The notes beneath the pieces were generated by a model. That model saw nothing but the letters and a program-made list of their open reading frames with translations. It made no database searches and was not told the DNA's origin. A DNA stretch of 64,000 nucleotides from Candidatus Spongiisociaceae bacterium. Its GTDB lineage: Bacteria > Actinomycetota > Acidimicrobiia > Spongiisociales > Spongiisociaceae. The stretch covers positions 3,520,001-3,584,000 of the forward strand of contig OZ253564.1 in assembly GCA_965262915.1 (NCBI GenBank). The letters run 5' to 3'. Positions 57,928 through 64,000 of this stretch are shown here, in pieces. Numbering within the stretch: position 1 is the stretch's first letter; the number at the start of each line of letters is the position of its first letter. A program made the translations under genes and the position numbers.

Positions 57928-60177
57928 ATGCAAGGACGACGAAGAAGGCGATTGAGGATCATGGTCGCCACGGTGGCGGTCCTCGCGCTGGTCGCGGCGG
58001 CATGCGGCGAGGACGAAGAGCCAACCACCACTACCCAAGTGGCTACCACCACTGCGGCCGCACCCGAGACAACCGCCGCGCCGGACGAGATGCCGGAGGA
58101 TGCGATGATGGCGCCTTTGGCGGGTGTGTGTCCTGATCCGTTGGTGATCCAGCTGGACTGGGAACCGGAGTCCGAGCATGGCGGTATCTACCAGCTGGTC
58201 GGTGACGGTTACGAGATCGACACGGACGCCAAGAGCGTGCGCGGTCCGCTGGTCGCGGGCGGCAACGAGACCGGTATCGACATCGAGGTGCGGATCGGCG
58301 GGTTCGCGGTCGGTTTCCAGCCGGTCCAGTCGCTCATGTACCAGGACCAGGACATCTTCATGGGCTTCGTCCGAGCGACCGAGGCCATGGCGACCTATGC
58401 GGACGTCCCGATCGTGAGCGTGATGGCCACCTTCGAGAAGAGCGCCTTCGCCATTTACTGGGATCCCGAGACCTATCCCAACGTCCATCAGATCGCCGAT
58501 CTCCGCGACGAGGGCGCGACGATCCTGTTGGGACGGCCCGACGTGTTCCAGGACTGGTGGCTCGCGGAGGGGATCATGGACGAGTCCCAGATGGACCTGA
58601 CAGACCAGCCCAAGCCGGCCGCTTTCGTCGGCCAGGGCGGGGCGGTCGCCGAGGCGGGGTTCGCCACCGCCGAGCCGTTCATCTACGAGGTCGAGGTTCC
58701 CGAATGGGGTAAGCCGATCAGGACCCAGTTGATCCACGACACCGGGTTCGAGGAGTACTTCCAGGCCATCGGGGTACGGGCGGACGACGCGGTGGACCGC
58801 GCCGACTGTCTCAAAGAGGTGGTACCGATCATCCAGCAGGCCCATGTGGACTTCCTCAACAACCCGGGTCCGACCAACCAGTTGATCCTGGAGCTGGTGG
58901 ACACCTATGACACCGGATGGATCTACACCCAGGGAGTGGCCGACTTCGCAGTGTCCACGATGCTGGAACTCGGCATCATGGGCAACGGCGACAACAACAC
59001 CTTGGGCGACTTCGACATGGACCGGGTAACCGGACTGTTGGAGATCATCGCCCAGGTCACCGACGCCGATGTGAGCGGACTCGCACCCGAAGACCTGGTA
59101 ACCAACGAATTCATCGACTTCTCCATCGGGTTACCCGAGGATGCGATGATGACGTCGTTGGCGGGTGTGTGTCCTGATCCGTTGGTGATCCAGCTGGACT
59201 GGGAACCGGAGTCCGAGCATGGCGGTATCTACCAGCTGGTCGGTGACGGTTACGAGATCGACACGGACGCCAAGAGCGTGCGCGGTCCGCTGGTCGCGGG
59301 CGGCAACGAGACCGGTATCGACATCGAGGTGCGGATCGGCGGGTTCGCGGTCGGTTTCCAGCCGGTCCAGTCGCTCATGTACCAGGACCAGGACATCTTC
59401 ATGGGCTTCGTCCGAGCGACCGAGGCCATGGCGACCTATGCGGACGTCCCGATCGTGAGCGTGATGGCCACCTTCGAGAAGAGCGCCTTCGCCATTTACT
59501 GGGATCCCGAGACCTATCCCAACGTCCATCAGATCGCCGATCTCCGCGACGAGGGCGCGACGATCCTGTTGGGACGGCCCGACGTGTTCCAGGACTGGTG
59601 GCTCGCGGAGGGGATCATGGACGAGTCCCAGATGGACCTGACAGACCAGCCCAAGCCGGCCGCTTTCGTCGGCCAGGGCGGGGCGGTCGCCGAGGCGGGG
59701 TTCGCCACCGCCGAGCCGTTCATCTACGAGGTCGAGGTTCCCGAATGGGGTAAGCCGATCAGGACCCAGTTGATCCACGACACCGGGTTCGAGGAGTACT
59801 TCCAGGCCATCGGGGTACGGGCGGACGACGCGGTGGACCGCGCCGACTGTCTCAAAGAGGTGGTACCGATCATCCAGCAGGCCCATGTGGACTTCCTCAA
59901 CAACCCGGGTCCGACCAACCAGTTGATCCTGGAGCTGGTGGACACCTATGACACCGGATGGATCTACACCCAGGGAGTGGCCGACTTCGCAGTGTCCACG
60001 ATGCTGGAACTCGGCATCATGGGCAACGGCGACAACAACACCTTGGGCGACTTCGACATGGACCGGGTAACCGGACTGTTGGAGATCATCGCCCAGGTCA
60101 CCGACGCCGATGTGAGCGGACTCGCACCCGAAGACCTGGTAACCAACGAATTCATCGACTTCTCCATCGGGCTCTAG
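57928..60177 (+). CDS. ABC substrate-binding lipoprotein with two tandem, essentially identical NMT1-like domains
   Basis: VAAAC lipobox; the domain CPDPLVIQLDWEPESEHGG...LVTNEFIDFSIGL occurs twice in frame. Confidence 0.88.
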   Translation: MQGRRRRRLRIMVATVAVLALVAAACGEDEEPTTTTQVATTTAAAPETTAAPDEMPEDAMMAPLAGVCPDPLVIQLDWEPESEHGGIYQLVGDGYEIDTDAKSVRGPLVAGGNETGIDIEVRIGGFAVGFQPVQSLMYQDQDIFMGFVRATEAMATYADVPIVSVMATFEKSAFAIYWDPETYPNVHQIADLRDEGATILLGRPDVFQDWWLAEGIMDESQMDLTDQPKPAAFVGQGGAVAEAGFATAEPFIYEVEVPEWGKPIRTQLIHDTGFEEYFQAIGVRADDAVDRADCLKEVVPIIQQAHVDFLNNPGPTNQLILELVDTYDTGWIYTQGVADFAVSTMLELGIMGNGDNNTLGDFDMDRVTGLLEIIAQVTDADVSGLAPEDLVTNEFIDFSIGLPEDAMMTSLAGVCPDPLVIQLDWEPESEHGGIYQLVGDGYEIDTDAKSVRGPLVAGGNETGIDIEVRIGGFAVGFQPVQSLMYQDQDIFMGFVRATEAMATYADVPIVSVMATFEKSAFAIYWDPETYPNVHQIADLRDEGATILLGRPDVFQDWWLAEGIMDESQMDLTDQPKPAAFVGQGGAVAEAGFATAEPFIYEVEVPEWGKPIRTQLIHDTGFEEYFQAIGVRADDAVDRADCLKEVVPIIQQAHVDFLNNPGPTNQLILELVDTYDTGWIYTQGVADFAVSTMLELGIMGNGDNNTLGDFDMDRVTGLLEIIAQVTDADVSGLAPEDLVTNEFIDFSIGL
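58117..60171 (+). repeat. Direct repeat of ~1014 bp with a 1041-bp period (58117-59130, 59158-60171)
   Basis: Identical translations in several frames, offset by exactly 1041 nt. Confidence 0.95.
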
Positions 60178-60181
60178 GGGA

Positions 60182-61048
60182 ATGGCGTCAGGAACCCTCC
60201 GCCTCGCCGTAGCGCAGCCACGGACGGTGGTGGAGCCTGACGCCGAGGTGAACGTTGCCCGGGCGGTCGCATTGACCGCCCGGGCTGCCGCCCAGGGGGC
60301 AGACCTGATCCTGTTCCCGGAGGGATATCCGGGACCCGTCCTCACCAAGCCGAAGGACATCTACCAAGCCGGTCCGGCCATGGAGTCCGCAGCAGCGGAG
60401 CACGGCATTGCGATCTGCTGGAGCAGGATGGAGCGGTGCGGCGACGGTAACTACCGGCTGGTGGTGTACGTGGTGGACAGATCGGGTCGTCAGGTGATGC
60501 GGTACGAGCGGGCCCATCCCGCCACTCTGCCGCCTGACGAGACCAGGGTCTGGGTGGCGCCGGGCGAGTCGTTGGCATTTCTCGAACTGGACGGCGTGGG
60601 AATCGGGATCGTGGTGTGCTCGGAACTGTGGATACCGGAGCCGACCCGGGTTCTCGCCCTGGGAGGCGCAGAGGTGATCCTGTCACCGGCCGGCGGTGGT
60701 TTCACCTCGCTGACGGACAACTGGCAGACCGTCGTCCGTGCCCGCGCCATCGAGAACCTGTGCTACGTGGCGATGACCAACAACATCTGGCGTGGCGAGG
60801 TCGGCGCGGCGATGATCGCAGGCCCCGAGTACGTGGCCGTTAGTTCGGGAACCGAGGAGTTGCTGCTGGCGACCCTCGATCTCGACCGGGTGGAGTGGCT
60901 GAGGTCTCACGACGACTCGATGGTCGAGCCCAAAGCATTCTCGTCGATACCGGGCCTGCTCAGGGCTAGACGACCCGAGCTGTACGAGGATCTGATCAAA
61001 CCGGGCCCTGACCTCTACGACTTCCATACCCCTCCCCCACCACGCTGA
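60182..61048 (+). CDS. Carbon-nitrogen hydrolase (nitrilase family)
   Basis: LFPEG, RYERAH, VCSELWIPE, RARAIEN, RRPELY. Confidence 0.9.
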   Translation: MASGTLRLAVAQPRTVVEPDAEVNVARAVALTARAAAQGADLILFPEGYPGPVLTKPKDIYQAGPAMESAAAEHGIAICWSRMERCGDGNYRLVVYVVDRSGRQVMRYERAHPATLPPDETRVWVAPGESLAFLELDGVGIGIVVCSELWIPEPTRVLALGGAEVILSPAGGGFTSLTDNWQTVVRARAIENLCYVAMTNNIWRGEVGAAMIAGPEYVAVSSGTEELLLATLDLDRVEWLRSHDDSMVEPKAFSSIPGLLRARRPELYEDLIKPGPDLYDFHTPPPPR

Positions 61049-62397
61049 TGGGTCGGGGGATCCTGGTTAGGGGGGGATACATCCTCACGTCGTCCACGCC
61101 TGAGATGATCGAGGATGGCGCGGTGCGCATCGTCGGTTCTGCCATCGACGCGGTCGGCCGGTGGGCTGACCTCAGCGCTCGGCATCCCGACGACGAGGTC
61201 TACGGCAGCAGGCACTCGATCGTCACGCCCGGGTTTGTGAATACCCACGGCCATTTTTCGGAGGCCCTCTTCACCGGTATCGCGGAGGACTTCACCCTCG
61301 GGGAGTGGATCGAGGCGGTGATCAACCCCACCGCCCCCCATCACGACAACGAGATGGCCTACGTCGGGACACTCCTAGCGGGTATCCAGATGCTGCAGAC
61401 CGGGATCACGGTCGCCAGCGATATGTTCGTGTGCGACCCTGCGGACCAGCCCGTCACCCCCGGAGTCGTCCGGGCGTTGGACGAATTGGGATTGCGCGGC
61501 GTGGTCACCTTCGGCGCGGCAGACAGGAGGGGCGCGGCCGTATCAGCGATCCTGGAAGAGCACGCTGCCCTACGGGAGGCGTGCGAGGCGAGCCGGCTGT
61601 CCCGCTTCCGGGTAGGAATCGCCCTCCTCGGTGCCCAGTCACCGGAGCTCTTCGAGGAGTCCGTGACCCTGGCCGCCGATCATGGAAGCCACATCCACCT
61701 CCACGAGGTGCGCGAGGAGGTGACCGCGATCCGGGCTGCTACGGGACGCTCGCCCATCGAGCAGTGTGCGCGTCTGGGCCTGTTCGAGGGGCCGACCATC
61801 GCCGCCCATTGCGTGTGGGTGGACGAGCACGACCGGGACATCCTGGCCGAACACCAAGTCGGAGTGGCCCACAATCCGGTTTCGAACATGATCCTCGCCT
61901 CGGGAGTGTGCCCGGTCCCCGCCCTGCGCCGTCTCGGTGTAGCCGTCGGTATCGGGGTGGACGGTCCCGCCAGCAACGACCGCCAGGACATGCTCGAGGC
62001 GATCAAACTCGCGGTGCTGCTCCAGCGGGTCGACCACCTCCAAGCGACCGCGCTGTCAGCCCGCGACGCGCTGGCCATGGCCACCATAGATGGTGCCCGA
62101 TCCCTGTGCCTCGACGATGAACTCGGCTCGCTAGAACCCGGCAAGCAAGCCGACCTGGTGGTATTTGACGGCTCGTCGCCGGCTCTGGCCAACATCCACG
62201 ACCCGTTCCAGGCGGTCGTCTACTGCGCCGGTCCCCGAGAGGTGGCCGACGTGTGGGTGGCCGGATCCAGATCGGTAGCGAACGGGAAGGTCACCAACGT
62301 CGATGCAGCGGATGTGGTGGAACGGTCGCGGCCCCTCGCCCGGAAGCTCGCCCGACGCGCCGGGATCACGAAGCACTCATTGCTGGCTCAGCCCTGA
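61048..62397 (+). CDS. Amidohydrolase, SsnA/TrzA/AtzA-type deaminase
   Basis: PGFVNTHGH, HIHLHE, AHCVW, HNPVSNM, GVDGPASN, GKQADLV. Confidence 0.92.
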   Translation: MGRGILVRGGYILTSSTPEMIEDGAVRIVGSAIDAVGRWADLSARHPDDEVYGSRHSIVTPGFVNTHGHFSEALFTGIAEDFTLGEWIEAVINPTAPHHDNEMAYVGTLLAGIQMLQTGITVASDMFVCDPADQPVTPGVVRALDELGLRGVVTFGAADRRGAAVSAILEEHAALREACEASRLSRFRVGIALLGAQSPELFEESVTLAADHGSHIHLHEVREEVTAIRAATGRSPIEQCARLGLFEGPTIAAHCVWVDEHDRDILAEHQVGVAHNPVSNMILASGVCPVPALRRLGVAVGIGVDGPASNDRQDMLEAIKLAVLLQRVDHLQATALSARDALAMATIDGARSLCLDDELGSLEPGKQADLVVFDGSSPALANIHDPFQAVVYCAGPREVADVWVAGSRSVANGKVTNVDAADVVERSRPLARKLARRAGITKHSLLAQP

Positions 62398-62789
62398 GCC
62401 GGGAGCCGACCGAACCCTCTTCGATCGATCTCCACACCGGTGCCATCGCCAGTCAAGGCGAGGCTTCACGGTGGATATCCCTCCGTCGAACGGTAATCCG
62501 GAACGAGACCCCTGCATCCGGTCGAGGCCTCCCCCGCCTCCGCAACTACTCCGGCGCCTGTATCTCGGCGGAGAGTGGCGGTGGCTCGTGAGCCTCATTT
62601 GGGTTTCTCCAGTATCGCGTTTGGGGGTTAACCAGCTTCCTGAGCTGCCGCGTCGGGGAACCCTTTGTTCGCGGAGAACCGGGCTGGAACCTGTTGGCTC
62701 CCATCGTGCACCAGTAAATCGAGGAGAGACCTACCGTCGGATCCGAGTGTCCTCCCCACGGAGAGACATCCGTCTAGGAGGTTTGGCTA

Positions 62790-64000
62790 GTGCTCAGGAT
62801 CACAGTCCGGAACCTAGCGGTCGCTCTCGTCCTCATCGCGGCTTCGGGAGCGACGATCCCGGGGGCAGCGGCGGCGCGGGTATCGGATCAGCCACCGCAA
62901 CATGTGACGGCAACACCGATCGGTGGCGGGAAGCTACATGTTTCGTGGTTGGAGCCTTTGGAGATCACAGGGTCCACAACCAGCTACCGGCACAAGATAC
63001 AGTGGAAGTCCGGTTCTCAAGAGTACAGCGAGACACGAGGTGATCTCGACAGGTTCTGACAGGTACATCCTGCACCAAGCTAGCTACCTGGACAGCCCTG
63101 TCCTACGCTACGATTGGTTCCATCGTATTACTGGACTAAAAACCGGTGTCGCGTACACCGTCAGAGTCATCAGGACGAACGCTGACGGTGACAGCCAGCC
63201 CTCCTATGAGGCTACTGCTACTCCCATTACAGCCGAAGAGATCCTGCGGATGACAGTGGAGAAGCTCATCACACAGTACGGCGGAGACTCTCCTTGGATC
63301 CAACAAACCTGGCAATACCTCCAAGATAACAACATACCGTTCTACGTTGATGAGGTCGATAGTGGGAGTAGCGGCAAGTATGACGGCTTATGTGACCCCG
63401 ATCCCTCCTCAGGACTCCACATATGCACCACACGGGCAATACTGCTAGACGACCCGATGAACCAAGACCTCATCCTGCATGAGTTCGCGCATGCTTACTC
63501 ACTGGATGTCAAGATCCTGGAGGATCATCCCGAAGAGGCGGAGGACATCGCGATCGCTTTTGTATACCTGGATACGCTATTGGAAGAAGCGAATGGTATT
63601 TGTAACAGGGAAGAGTTCCTAGCGGACCTGATGAGTCTCCGGGACCTGGGTAACAAAGCATATCCATGGTATTGGACGGAATGCGGGCACACACCGATTA
63701 CCGATAAGGCACTTGGTATCATAGGTAGAGCACTTGAAGGTAGCAGGCCGGAATGGTTTACCGAGACGTACTCCGAATCAGGCGTTCCGAACCTTGAACA
63801 GTTCTGGACGGACATCCAACAATTCGTGCCGCGTATTGCCAACTACCACAAAGAGGAACAGAAGTCCGTAGTCTATCACCTTCGTAACGCGTTCGGAGGA
63901 TACTGCGACAACGCGAATGCCACCGCTTCCATGTTCGGCGATGGACCGACCAGGAACCCGTGGCGGGACGGTGGATGCGTACCAGCCGCGCCGCTGGTGC
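62790..64000 (+). pseudogene. Secreted fibronectin type III + HEXXH metallopeptidase-like protein, frameshifted at ~63038 and running off the window
   Basis: AGGAGG SD, signal peptide and the first half of an FN3 domain (LHVSW...IQWKSG). Frame 1 continues ITGLKTGVAYTVRV...ILHEFAH...EEFLAD...RNPWRDGGCVP, open to the end. Confidence 0.75.

Noticed and set aside
58117-60171. DGR template/variable repeat pair
   Set aside because: No adenine-specific mismatches, the repeat is far too long, and there is no reverse transcriptase.

Overview
GC-rich bacterial window, probably Actinomycetota/Acidimicrobiia. This is inferred from the lipoprotein SBP style and an FN3-HEXXH protein of the kind seen in sponge symbionts. 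It is almost entirely a catabolic and transport region. It holds ABC systems or SBPs of the peptide, sugar, NMT1/TauT (two), Liv and SBP_bac_3 types, and many C-N enzymes (2 nitrilases, 3 amidohydrolases, 2 hydantoin racemases, 2 DapA-family lyases, an HDAC and an aspartoacylase). It also has two tandem Rieske oxygenases, a CoA-transferase and ppk2. The best candidate for a new system is a divergent GcvPA/GcvPB pair with a remodelled substrate pocket and no gcvT/gcvH in the window. It is co-oriented with an HcnAB/OoxA-like fusion, a DapA-like lyase and a hydroxyacyl-CoA dehydrogenase, and divergent from an AcoX/NAD-kinase-like gene. Other notable items are a double-Rieske operon with an orphan HicB-fold gene, two signal-less SBP_bac_3 paralogs with a shared KHT motif, and an SBP with a ~1 kb internal duplication. 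There are also two MITE families, heptamer arrays (one with a 28-bp higher-order unit), several frameshifted or nonsense pseudogenes and a probable CTG start. No rRNA, tRNA or CRISPR was seen. All family calls come from motif recognition, without database searches.
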